A stretch of DNA of 64,000 nt from Centroscyllium fabricii (Eukaryota): positions 302,560,001 to 302,624,000 of the forward strand of contig JBNRSN020000006.1 in the NCBI GenBank assembly GCA_051313645.2, written 5' to 3'. Both the position numbers and the translations under genes were made by a program. The notes beneath the pieces were generated by a model. The model worked only from the letters and a program-made list of their open reading frames with translations, did not search any database and was not told the origin of the DNA. The first letter of the stretch is position 1. Every line of letters starts with the position of its first letter. Shown here piece after piece: positions 24,894 through 36,950 of the stretch.

Positions 24894-24927
24894 ATACGTC
24901 AATTTTAATCACTTAAAGTTTTTTAAA

Positions 24928-27900
24928 ATGGAGAGCGGTGCAGTAAAGCCAGAAAAGCTGGACATCAGTCCACAGGACCCTGCCGCCGCCACCACGTTCG
25001 AACACTGGTTCGGTCTCCTGGAGGCCTATATGGACGCCGCCAAGGCTACAACCGACGGGAACAAGCTACAGGTTCTCCGGTCCAGGATCTCCAGCCGAGT
25101 ATTCTCCCTCATCCGAGATGCCAAAACCTACCCAGGGGCAGTGGAAAAGCTGAGGAAATGCTAGAGTGCCCGGTCCATTCGGTCTACGCCAGACATGTGC
25201 TCGCGACCAGACCACAACTACCGGGTGAGACTAATGAACAATTTGAGCAAGCGCTCCAGGCCCTGGTACGGGTCTGTGGCTGCCAAGCCCGGACAGCAGA
25301 AGAGGAGGCGAACCTCCTCGTCCGAGACGCGTATGTAACTGGACTAAGGTGCGTGGAGGCCCGCCAGCGGCTGCTCGAAAAAGACACTTTGTCCCTCGAA
25401 GACGCGATTGCTATATCTAACTCCGTGGAAGGAGCACGCAACAAACTACAAGCTTACAGCGGCACAAACCTGCAGGCCTACGACATGTGGGCCGCGCCAC
25501 AACGGACCCAGGCCTGGGCAGCACCACAACGGGTTGAGACCCCCACGATGGCTGCGACAGCCACAAAAGACAAACGCTGCTACTTCTGCAGCCAGGGACT
25601 GCACCCGAGAGCGAGATGCCCAGCAAGGACCGCGACCTGTGAGAGGTGCACCAAGAAGGGACATTACGCAAAGGCTTGCAGATCAGCACCAACAGCGCCC
25701 AACTCCAGGTACAACAGCGCAGCCTGTGAAAGCGACAGACCTCAGGTAAGCTGCAATAGCAGCGCGATCCAGCGACGGTCCGGGCGTAGGAGGAAAGCGC
25801 CCCCATCTCCCACCCCGAGGCGGCAAAGGCCGGCCAAGCGCGACCCCCCAACGCCAGCAGCAGACCCAATGCGGCCGGCTGCGTGCGAATCACGGGCACC
25901 GCCAACCCGACCACCGCGGCTCGCTGCGTGCGAACCACGGGCACCGCCAACCCAGCCACCGCGGCCCGCTGCGTGCGAACCACGGGCGCCGCCAGCGCGC
26001 TCACCGCGGTCAGCCGCGTGCGAACCACGGGCGCCGCCATCTCGCCCCCGGCGGCCCACCATGTGCGACCCCTCGGCGCCGCCATTTTGTCCCCAGGGCC
26101 CCACCATGTGCGAGCCAGGGGCGCCGCCATTTTGTCTACAGGGCCCCACCATGTGCGAGCCAGGGGCGCCGCCATTTTGTGTACAGCCCCAACCAGCCGG
26201 GGGCCCACACACACAAAAGCACACGTCTGCTTCAGCCATACCCAGAGTGGACCAGGACAGGCCACACACCCTGTCTAACTCAATAATGCCCATCAAAATA
26301 AACGGCCATACTACTAATTGCCTATTTGACACTGGAAGCACGGAGAGCTTTGTGCACCCCGATACAGTGCAGCGCTGCGGACTGCAGATCCTGCCCACAA
26401 ACTATCAAGTCTCCCTTGCTTCAAAGTCCCACACCGCGGACGTCACCGGCTACTGCTCCGTCACGCTCACAGTCAAGGGGTGCGTGTACCGTAATTTTAA
26501 ATGGTACACCCTCCAGCAGTTGTGTGCCCCAGCCTTACTAGGTCTGGATTTCCAGTGCCACCTCAAGAGCGTGACAATGGAGTTCGGCGGGACCTTGCCC
26601 CCCCTCACCGTCAGTAGCCGGGACAGTCCCTTCCCAAAGCGGAGCCCAGCCGGCGGCTTCTCCACCCTGAAAATCGACCCCCCCTCACTGTTCGCCAACA
26701 TCGACCCCAAGTGCAAACCTATTGCTACCAAGAGTCGGCGGTACAGTGTGGGGGATCGCACGTTTATCAGGTCGGAGGTCGGGCGTATGCTGAAGGAGGG
26801 GATAATTGAAGCCAGCACCAGCCCCTGGCGCGCCCAGGTTGTAGTGGTAAAGTCTGGCGAGAAACAACGGCTGGTGATCGATTACAGCCAGACCATCAAC
26901 CGCGACACCGGGCTTGACGCCTACCCCCTTCCCCGCATCTCGGAAATGGTCAATCAGATCGCCCAGTACAAGGTGTTCTCTACGATCGACCTTAAGTCAG
27001 CGTATCACCAACTCCCGATCCGGAAAGCCGACCGCCCCATCACCGCCTTCGAGGCGAACGGTCGGCTCTACCACTTCCTCCGGGTCCCCTTCGGCGTGAC
27101 CACGGAGTGTCAGTGTTCCAGCGGGAGATGGACCGCATGGTTGACCAGAACGAGTTGCAGGCCACTTTCCCCTACCTGGACAACGTGACCATCTGCGGCC
27201 ACGACCAGCAGGACAACGATGCCAATCTGGCCAAATTTCTCGACACGGCGGATAAGCTGGACCTCACGTATAACAAAGACAAATGTGTCTTTAATACAGA
27301 CCGGCTCGCCATCCTCGGATACGTGGTGGAGAACGGGGTCCTCGGCCCCGACCCACAGCGTATGCGACCCCTTCAAGAACTGCCCCTACCTCACAACCCT
27401 AAAGCCTTGAGATGCCTAGGATTTTTCTCCTATTACGCACAATGGGTCCCACAGTTCGCGGACAAGGCTAGACCACTCCTCAAGGCTGCCGTTTTCCCCC
27501 TTTCGGTAGAAGCCCAAACGGCATTCGCCCGGATAAAGGAAGACATCATCAAGGCGACCATGCTCGCTGTTGATGAATCTATTCCCTTCCAGGTGGAGAG
27601 CGACGCTTCGGACTTCACCCTTGCTGCCACCCTGAATCAGGCAGGCAGGCCCGTAGCGTTTTTCTCCCGCACCCTACAGGGACCCGAAACTCGCCACTCA
27701 GCAGTGGAAAAAGAGGCCCAGGCCATCGTGGAGGCCATGCGCTACTGGCGTCATTACCTGGCCGGTAAGCGTTTTACCCTTCGCACCGACCAACGGTCGG
27801 TGGCGTGTATGTTTAATAATAAACAGAAGGGTAAGATCAAGAATGATAAGATCATGCAGTGGCGGATCGAACTCTCGACTTACGAGTATGACATTCTTTA

Positions 27901-29160
27901 CCGACCAGGGAAACTTAATGAACCCCCGGACGCACTGTCCAGCTGGACCGGCTGAAGGACCTCCACGACCGCCTCTGCCACCCGGGTGTCACCAGACTCG
28001 CCCACTTCGTCAGATCCCGTAGCCTCCCCTACTCCATCACGGAGATCAAGGCTATGACCCGAGAGTGCCCTGTTTGCGCCGAGTGCAAACCCCAATTTTT
28101 CCGGCCAGACACGGTGCTCCTCATCAAGGCCACCCGCCCCTTTGAACGTCTCAACGTGGACTTCAAAGGCCCCCTCCCCACCACCGACCGCAACTCATAC
28201 TTCCTCACGGTCGTAGATGAGTTCTCCCGCTTCCCCTTCGCCTTCCCCTGCGCAGATATGACGAGCGCAACGGTGATAAAACACTTCACCACGCTGTTCA
28301 CCATTTTCGGTCTCCCCAGCTACATCCATAGCGACCGAGGGTCATCGTTCATGAGCGATGAACTGCGTCAGTTTCTGCTCCAGAAAGGGGTTGCCACGAG
28401 CAGAACGACCAGTTATAACCCCCGGGGGAACGGCCAGGTAGAAAGGGAGAATGGGATCATCTGGAAGGCGGTCACCCTGGCTCTGAAGTCCAGAGGCCTT
28501 CCAGTGGCCCATTGGCAGGCAGTCCTCCCAGATGCGCTGCATTCTATACGCTCTCTCCTATGTACGGCCACTAACGCAACTCCTCATGATTTGATTTTTG
28601 CTTTTCCCAGGAAGTCGACTTCGGGGACAGCTCTTCCTCCATGGCTCACGACACCGGGGCCGGTCTTCCTTAGAAGACACGTCCGTGGCCACAAGACCGA
28701 CCCCCTGGTGGACAAGGTGCAGCTCCTGCATGTGAACCCGCAATACGCATTCGTGCAGTTCCCGGACGGGCGTGAGGACGCCGTATCTATCAGGGACCTG
28801 GCGCCCGCAGGAAGCACCGCAGAGCCCCTGGTCGGCCAGCAGGCCGCTCAGCCACAGTATCCAGAACACCCCCTACACCTACAATGGCCTCCGAGTTTTC
28901 CAGAGCCCCAGCGGTGGCCAACCCACGACCACTCCGATAGCTCGGACCAGCGGAGACCATCACCACCCGAAACCATGGCACCAGGGCAACTGTCACCACC
29001 AGCGGACTCGAGCAGCACGGACCATGAAGGATCATCACCGGAACTCCGGCGGTCCTCCAGGCTGGCACGACCACCGGATAGGCTGATATTGAACTGCTCG
29101 GTCCATTCACCCCCCCCGGACTTAAAATTTTCAAGAAGGGGTGTATGTGGTAACCCATAA
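24928..29160 (+). pseudogene. Disrupted gag-pol of the outer Gypsy
   Basis: Two zinc knuckles (CYFC..H...C; CERC..GHYAKAC), PR (LFDTGS), RT (YLDNVTI), RNase H (ESDASD), and integrase (HHCC, DFKGP, SDRG). Frameshifts at ~25160, ~27105 and ~27940. Confidence 0.92.
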
Positions 29161-29425
29161 TGTTATGTATACCACTGTATTCTTGTTGCCAATAATTGGC
29201 GCTGTATGTGTGATACACAGCCCTGTAACACTGTCGGGAGCCAGGTCAGCCACACCTCTAACTCCTCCCCCAGGTGAGGCCTTTATAGGTGGAGACTGAC
29301 TGAGGCTCCCTCATTCCTGCTTAGATGTTCGTTCGGAGGGTAGTTCCTAAGTAAGTGATTAAAAGCCTATAGTTACGGTAACTACTCGTTGAGTCTTTTA
29401 CTCTGAGATATCGACGATACGTCAA

Positions 29426-30115
29426 TGCCGCACTGTCGAAGGGGCAGTGCTGAGGGAGCGCCGCACTGTCGGAGGGGCAGTAGTGAGGGAGCGCCGCACT
29501 GTCGGAGGGGCAGGACTGAGGGAGCGCCGTACTGTCGGAGGGGCAATACTGAGGGAGCGCCGCACTGTTGGAGGCGCAGGACTAAGGGAGTGCCGCACTG
29601 TCGCAGGGGCAGTACTGAGGGAGTGCTGCACTGTCGGAGGATCAGTACTGAGGGAGCGCCATACTGAGGAGCACCGCAGTGTCGGAGGGACAGTATTGAG
29701 GGAGCGCCGCACTGTAGGAGGGGCAATACTGAGGGAGCGCCGCACTATTGGATGGGCAGGACTGAGGGAGTGCCGCACTGTCGGAGGGGCAGTACTGAGG
29801 GAGCGCCGCACTGTCGGAGGGGCAGTACTGAGGGAGGGCCGCACTGTCGGAGGGGCAGTACTGAGGGAGCGCCGCACTGTCGGAGGGGCAGTACTGAGGG
29901 AGCCCCGCACTGTCGGAGGGGCAGTACGGAGGGAGCGCCGCACTGTCGGAGGTGCAGTACTGAGGGAGCGCCGCACTGTCGGAGGGGCAGTACTGAGGGA
30001 GCGCCGCACTGTCGGAGGGTCAGTACTGAGGGAACGCCGCACTGTCGGAGGGGCAGTACTGAGGGAGCGCCCCACTGTCGGAGGGGCAGTACTGAGGGAG
30101 TGCCGCACTGTCTGA
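29426..30115. repeat. 33-bp minisatellite derived from the DeuSINE body (~20 copies)
   Basis: Unit GCACTGTCGGAGGGGCAGTACTGAGGGAGCGCC; the DeuSINE resumes at 30120-30445. Confidence 0.93.
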
Positions 30116-31255
30116 GCTACCATCTTTCAGATGAGAAGTTAATCTGAGGCCCCATCTGTTCTCTCCGGTATAAAGATCCCGTGGCACTATTTCGAAGAAT
30201 ACCAGGGGGGAGTTCTCCCCGGTGTCCTGGGGCCAATATTTATCCCTCAACCAACATCACTAAAACAGATTATCTGGTCATTATCACATTGCTGTTTGCG
30301 GGAGCTTGCTGTGCAAAAAATGGTTGCCGCACTGCCTGCATTACAACAGTGACGGCACTTCAAAAAGTACTTCAGTGGCTGTGAAGCGCTTTGGTATGTT
30401 CTGAGGTTGTGAAAGGCGCTATAGAAATGCAAGCCTGTCTTTCTTTCAATAATAAAACTAATAAAGCCAATGAGGAATTCAGGAGAAACTTCTTTACTCA
30501 GAGTGGTGAGAATGTGAGGTTGAGGTGAAATGTATAGATACTTTTAAGGGGAAGTGAGGTAAACACATGAGGGAGAAAGGAATAGAAGGATTTACTGATA
30601 GGGTGAGATGAAGAGGGTGGGAGGAGGCTCGTGTGGAGCATAAACCCCGGCACGGACTAGTGGGGCCACTTGACCTGTTCCTGTGCTGTAAGCAGACAAT
30701 GCTGGAAACGCTCCAAGCTGGTTTGATTCTCCGTGTATATATCGTGCATTTGCAACTTCTGCAGTATGTGACTCCTGTTGCACATTGAAATGTTTCCAAG
30801 TCTGGTCTGTTGGGCCTGGATAGTCTGGAATTCTCTTATCTGGCAGCATGAGTTGGTACTGGGCCACGCGGGACACCCTCGTGTTGTCGGCTAGTCTGGC
30901 TAGACCAAGTTAAGAGGCGTGTTTCAGATGCAATTATACGTGCTGCTGTGAACAGCCTCTCGGCTTCAAAAACATTTTAACACGGCATTGACAGCAGGGG
31001 CTCCAACCCCTCCCAAGATTGCCCTGGAGTCTCCCAAGAATTAAAGATTAATCACCAGGACTCTGCTCTGAGCAAACTGGAGCAAAATCTGGAGGGGGCA
31101 TTTAAAAAAATATTTTTTTGTTTCATATTATTAGAACACTTTTTGATAACTTGAGATGGGGAAAATGTCTTTGACTTTAGCAAGTGGTTGGAGGTTGTGT
31201 GATGGAACCTCCCAGGAATATGTCCAACCACAATTGGCAGCCCTACCACTTAGAA

Positions 31256-31716
31256 CAGCGGTCTCCAACCGCCGGTCCGCGGACTGGCAGAGGGCCGCGG
31301 GACAGTTTTACCGGTCCGCGGACGATTTTGAGAACCCGCGCATGCGCAGATACAACGCCCTTGCCGCGGACCTTTGGTTAATGTTCGGCGCATGCGCCGA
31401 ATCACAGACCCTGCTGCGGGCCGTTGTGAAGTGATCGACACTGGCCGAGGCAATGTCTGTGAATCTGTGAAGGCAGCAAATTCGCCGGTAACATTTGAAA
31501 ACTCCGTCCTCCTCCTATCCTGCTGAGAATAAAAATGAGTGTCACCCCCGCCCCCCCGCCGATTAGAAAATTTTTAGTCAGCACCCCCCCCCCCCCCCCC
31601 CCGCTGAGAGTAAAAATCTCCGTCAGCAACCCCCCCCCCCCCCCCCCCTCTGAGAGTAAAAATCTCCACCAGGAGCTCAAAACGGGCCGCGAACGCACAA
31701 AGGTTGGGGACCGCTG
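31256..31716. mobile_element. hAT (Charlie-like) MITE inserted in a LINE 3' end
   Basis: TIR CAGCGGTCTCCAACC / GGTTGGGGACCGCTG; 8-bp TSD ACTTAGAA/ACTCAGAA. Confidence 0.85.
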
Positions 31717-32346
31717 ACTCAGAAGGACAAGGGCAGCAGATGCCTGGGAACAGCACCACCTACAAGTTGCCCTCCAAGCCACACACCATCCTGACTTGGA
31801 CCTGTATCGCCGCTCCTTCACTGTCGCTGGGCCAAAATCCTGGAACTCCCTTCCTAACAACATTGTGGGTGTACCTACACCATATGGACTGCAGCGGTTC
31901 AAGAAGGTGGCTCACCACCATCTTCTCTAGAGCAATTAGGGATGGGCACTAAATGCAGGCCTAGCCAGCCAGCGACGCCCACATCCCATCAATGGCTAAA
32001 AAATAAATTGAGGCAGATCTGTGCAGTGTGAAGAGTTGTCATCTTGTTTCGTTCTGTTCCTCTCGCCCTCGCCGTCACAGCCTGATTCTCTCTCTCGTTC
32101 GTTGCAGGTTTGATTTTAACTTGTGATCTTGGCGTTTTGAGCTTGGTGCAAATAAGTAACGGTTTTGTCCGTCTCGTTGGTGCTCGTCTGTAGCGAGGGC
32201 CGCTGCCACCAAGGTTTCTTTGTTCTTGCCAACTGACTCTTGAAGGGTTCTGTTCAACCTGCCCATTGGTTGCGTTTACGCTTAAGGAACCAATAGTAAA
32301 GGTGTTTTGATATCTCCCAGCTCTGCTTCTCCCCCAGCCCCACAGC

Positions 32347-32515
32347 CAACGGTCCCTGTAATTCTTGCTGTGGGCTGCACAGCCCCTTGCGGTCCATTCA
32401 AAATACTGTGCAGACGCGTTTTTTTTCTATTTAAAAGCCCGCTGCGCGGGACTCTTGGAATGCTGCACGGGACCCTTGGAGGGCCACGTGGCTGTGCAGC
32501 TTGAAGGGAACATTG
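32347..32515. mobile_element. hAT-type MITE (degenerate)
   Basis: Ends CAACGGTCCCTGTAA / TTGAAGGGAACATTG. Confidence 0.45.
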
Positions 32516-32568
32516 CCTACGACCCTCGGAGTTCTCTGTGCACCTCCAGGTCTGGCCTCTTGTGCATC

Positions 32569-32966
32569 GGTGGCACGGTGGCATAGTGGTTAGCACTGTT
32601 GCCTCACAGCTCTGGAGACCGGGTTCAAATCCAGCCTCGGGTATTATCTGTGTGGAGTTTGCACATTCTCCCCGTGTCTGCGTGGGTTTCCTCCGGGTGC
32701 TCTGGTTTCCTCCCACAGTCCAAAGATGTGCGGGTTAGGTTGATTGGCCAGGATAAATTGATCCTTAGTGTTAGGGGGATTGAGTATGTGGGGTTACGGG
32801 GATAGGGTGGGGTATGTTTTGATGCAGACTCTTTTGGGATTGAGGGATATGGGGACAAGGCAGGGGCGGGGTGCTGGGTTTGGATGATCAGCCATGATCT
32901 CATTGAATGGCGGCGCAGGCTCGAAGGGCCGAATGGCCTACTCCTGCTCCTATCTTCTATGTTTCT
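32569..32966 (+). mobile_element. HE1/V-SINE-like SINE, followed by an L2-like 3' fragment to ~33225
   Basis: Head, V-domain and tail. Confidence 0.85.
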
Positions 32967-34506
32967 GTGTATCCCCGATTTCCTTGGCTTCACCCTTGGT
33001 GGCCGTGCCTTCATCTGTTTTTGCCCTGAGCTCTGGAATTCCCCCTCTAATCCTCTCCACTTCTCTCCTCCTCCTCTAAGACGCTCCTTAAAATCTCCCT
33101 TCGCCCAAGATTCCTGTCCTAATATCACCTTGCATGGCTTGGTGCCAAATTTTGTTTCTTAATCGTTCCTGTGAACTTCCTTGTGAAGTTTTACCATGTT
33201 AAAGGCACTGTATAAATGCAAGTTAGTGTGGTGTTGTGTGATTAACGGTCATGTCAGTTTGTTGGTCAGAAATCACTGTGTAAACTTTTCCTTTAAAAGT
33301 AAATAAAATAAAAACCGCCTTTGGGACAGATTTATCTCACGATATTGACCCAGAAACTCGGGTTGGAGCGCGAGTGTCCGCCTCCAACCTATGCTTACCG
33401 GCCGTTGAGCAGTGCCCCCGCATGGAATCAAGATGCGGGGCCTTCCTGAACTGCTGGCGCGCTGTGCTCCCAGATCCGAACGGCGCAGTTAGTGCGGGGG
33501 ATCACGTGGGCCGCGGAGAGCCCATCGGAGCACAGAATGCTCCATTCATAAGCTTGACAGGAAGACCTGCCAAACCTATGAATATTACAACCGTAAAACG
33601 TCAGTAAATCATCAAATAATATTTTTTAAAATCTCATTAATAAAAAAAAATAACTCAATTACATAAACAAAAATTTAAAATTTTGAAAAAAATAATATAA
33701 GTATTTAACGGGGCTAATGGGGCTGTCACACCTTGACGTTTTAGCCAGCGTATGCAAATTTGGCGAATACGCTGGTACACGTCGAATACGTTATGGGTAA
33801 GTTTTGTATACGTTAAGAGCACGCTGAAGCATGCTGGCATACGTCGTTGTACTCCGAGTAAGTCGAGAAATTTTGAGCATGCACAAAATTTCTCGACTTA
33901 TCCAGCGTATGACTCTCACGTTCCGCATACGCTGGCCATAAGTTGTAGGCACGTTAGGCGATCGTTGACACACGTCGACACACGTTACTTGTAAGTTAGT
34001 CATAAGTCAAAATACGTCGAGATAATGTCTAGCGTACCCGGAACTTATTTCTAACCTATGAGTAACGTGCTTTGAACCTATGTGTAACGTATCTCCAACG
34101 CATATTGACGTATGTAGACGTATTTGACGTCTTCCGGACGACCACAGAACTTACTGAACGTGTTTCTAACTTACAGCTCCTGAAATGAACATCTTATAAA
34201 AAGCCTTTTTTTCAATTATCCACTTTTCAATATACATGTACATTATATTATTATACCTTTTTCAAAGTGTATGAATTTATTATTGTTAATTATTGTTTAT
34301 GAATTAAATATTAAAACAATAACATCAACAAACATCAAGAGTTTGCTCAACTTTTATTAAATAATGAAACATGATAACAATGGTCTAAAAACGTATATAC
34401 AAAATGGCACATGGCCAAAACAATGTCAACTTTTATTCAGTGCTCTGAAAAATAATGGAACATCAAACGTATATACAAACATGGCCAAAACAATGTCAAC
34501 TTTTAT

Positions 34507-35175
34507 TCAGTGCTCTGATGGTGGAGGTGTCTTCAGCTCCCCAGACGGGCTGCTTGCAGCATCAGGACCGCTGGACATGTTGAGCACTCCTGAGAATCCA
34601 GAGATGTTATCGCCAGTGTCAAAGGTGCTTTGGCTCTGGTTCAGTACCTGGCCAGCCGAGCCTATAGCAGCAGATGCAGAGGCGAAGCTTGGCTGCTGCG
34701 TGATCAGAGGAGGAGGAGGCTGGAACACATGCTGAGGGGGAGGAGGCATTATCTGCTGGTACTGAGGCTGCTGCTGTTGGTACTGTGGCTGCAGTGGCAC
34801 GGAAGCAGGAGCAGGAAAGGTGGGGACTATGGGGGGTTCTTCATCAATCTCCTCATCTATCAGCTCAGTGAGGATGGTGTTGATGCGCGACCTTGCCTTC
34901 CGGAAGTTGCGCATCGACATGCTGACCAGGCTGTCACGCACGTAGTTGGCGAAGGCTGAGGTGGCTGTGATGGGCTGAGGCTGTGCGAGACCTTTGAGCA
35001 GCTCCACAGACTCGTGCACCCTCTTCTGGAGTGACTGCAGCTGGTCATCGTCCTGGCCACGCTTCCCCTTGGGGACAGGGGAGGGTGTGCTGTCGTCAGT
35101 AACCAACACCATCTCTGCACAGGCAGCCTCGCCAGCCTCGAGGTCCCCGCTGTGTGCTGCAATGGTTTCCTTTAC
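34507..35175 (-). CDS. Harbinger MADF protein, exon 2
   Basis: TACTAAT branch point and TGCAG acceptor; 222 in-frame codons with a BESS-like helix (FANYVRDSLVSM...ARSRINTIL) and a Q/P-rich tail; AATAAA sites downstream. Confidence 0.75.
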   Translation of the reverse strand, partial: VKETIAAHSGDLEAGEAACAEMVLVTDDSTPSPVPKGKRGQDDDQLQSLQKRVHESVELLKGLAQPQPITATSAFANYVRDSLVSMSMRNFRKARSRINTILTELIDEEIDEEPPIVPTFPAPASVPLQPQYQQQQPQYQQIMPPPPQHVFQPPPPLITQQPSFASASAAIGSAGQVLNQSQSTFDTGDNISGFSGVLNMSSGPDAASSPSGELKTPPPSEH

Positions 35176-35287
35176 CTGCAATTATGACAATTGATTAGTA
35201 AAATACAATGCAAAAATACGAGGCAAAGTACAGTAAAACTAATATAAATAAATATTAGTATTGATATTAATATGTGTTTATACTTAC

Positions 35288-35833
35288 ACTGTTGACGGAC
35301 TCAGCACGATGGCGGACCACAGTCTTGAGGAAGCCGAACTTTGCCTTCACCCACTGCTCCCTCTCTGTCAGTTCCGGGGCGCCATCACTGCTCTTCTTCT
35401 TGTCGAGACGGGTGTGGGTGTCTCGCAGGGACTTGAGCCACCCTTGAAGGTGCTCGACAGTCTTCCCCATGGCCTTTGCTTGATCCTCCCAGAGCTTTGC
35501 CTTCTTGTCCACCCTCCGGTAGTCAGTCTTCTTGATGTCCCAGAGGATGGCGTTCTCGCGAAGGAAATCGCACATGAGCTGCTCGTCTTGAACATCAAGA
35601 CAAAACGGTGTCTTCTTGGCCCTCTTCTTCGCAAGGGTTGGCTGAGCGGAGGTGGAGGCCACGGACGCAGCTATCAATGCCACCGACGATGCCCGAGAGG
35701 CGTTGGAACCAGCATCCTCTCCGTCAGAGGGTGAGCGTGATGGGGAGGGTGTGGGTGATGATGGATCCTCCATGCGTCCACGGCCACGGCCAGGAGACTT
35801 CTTGGCAGCATTCTTAGAACTTTTCCTAGGCAT
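35288..35833 (-). CDS. Harbinger Myb/SANT-like (MADF) protein, exon 1
   Basis: ATG at 35833. LMCDFLRENAILWD...YRRVDKKAKLWEDQA...WLKSLRD fits the MADF pattern. Phase-0 GTAAGT donor. Confidence 0.8.
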
Positions 35834-36570
35834 GATGGTGATGTTGTAGAGACTTGGCAAGGCAGATTGTGATGTAGAACTGGAATCAGTTTGGGTGGGT
35901 GGAGCTGCACTTCGATGTCTAGTGTTATGATTTGAATCGTCCAGTGACAGCCTTTGAATAGGCTACGCCAAGTGATCGTCGGCGAATCGCATAAGTTAGA
36001 CTATCGTTGGGCATAAGTTGTGAACGCCGACAACACGCTAAGCATTCGTTGGTATAAGTTATCTAAGTTATCGATACGTTCTGTGTACGTTACTAATACG
36101 TTATGCATACGTCCAACTCGTTATGAATACGCTATTATACGGCCAAAACTGAAAAAAACATCGATAGTTCAGCGAACGCCAGCGTTTTAGATAAATTTGC
36201 ATACGTCGGCATGCGCTAGCTAATTCGTCAAGGTGTGACAGGGCCTTAAAAATCAATTTACCTTTTAAAGTATTTAAAAGTGGAAAACCTGTGGAATTTT
36301 TTTTTTGAAATGAATTAATTCACCCCTTACCTGCTGAAAAGGGGCTTTGCGCTTGAAAAAAGGAGACGTATCTTTCTCCGTACTTACCTGGATAAAATCC
36401 TGTTTAAAACCCCCCCCCCCCAAAAAAACGCAAGTGCATTGCGCAAGCATTGCCGCGCACGCACGTGCGTTCCGACCCCTGACCCCTTCTATCAGGGGAT
36501 TGGAAGTGCCGGTTTTGCGCGCATGCGCTGTGCATGCACGAAACCGGTACTTCGGATGGGCCTACGGGTG

Positions 36571-36950
36571 AAACACAGAAACACAGAAGATAGGAGCAGG
36601 AGTCGGCCATTCGGCCCTTCGAGCCTGCTCCGCCATTTTTGATGAGATCATGGCTGATCATCCAAACCCAGCACCCCCCCTCCTACCCTCTCGCCACATC
36701 CTCAGACACCCCCAACTCTAAGAACTATATCTCACACACATACTCATGGGCAATTTTTAGTATCTCCAATTCACCTAACCTGCATGTCTTTGGGTGGTGG
36801 GAGGAAACCGGAGTACCCGGAGGAAACTCACATGAAAACGGGGAGAACATGCAAACTCTACGCAGAGGTGTCCCGTGCCAAGCAGGATTCGAACCCAGGA
36901 GCTCCTTATTGCGAGGCAGCAGTGCTAACCACTGCGCCACCGGGTCGTCC
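36571..36950 (-). mobile_element. V-SINE-like SINE (divergent subfamily)
   Basis: Head GGTGGCGCAGTGGTTAGCAC, B-box GGTTCGAATCC, V-domain and tail. Confidence 0.8.

Larger units (their letters stand above)
19993..29425 (+). mobile_element. Ty3/Gypsy LTR retrotransposon (outer element), full length and disrupted
   Basis: 280-bp LTRs at 19993-20267(+24898-24902) and 29146-29425 with 6 differences; TSD TGCC; PPT AAGAAGGGGTG; gag-PR-RT-RH-INT order. Confidence 0.95.
33718..36246 (-). mobile_element. PIF/Harbinger-type DNA transposon lacking transposase
   Basis: TIRs TGGGGCTGTCACACCTTGACG / (reverse complement) AGGCCCTGTCACACCTTGACG; TAA TSD; CG/TACG-rich subterminal regions; internal MADF gene. 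Confidence 0.85.
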
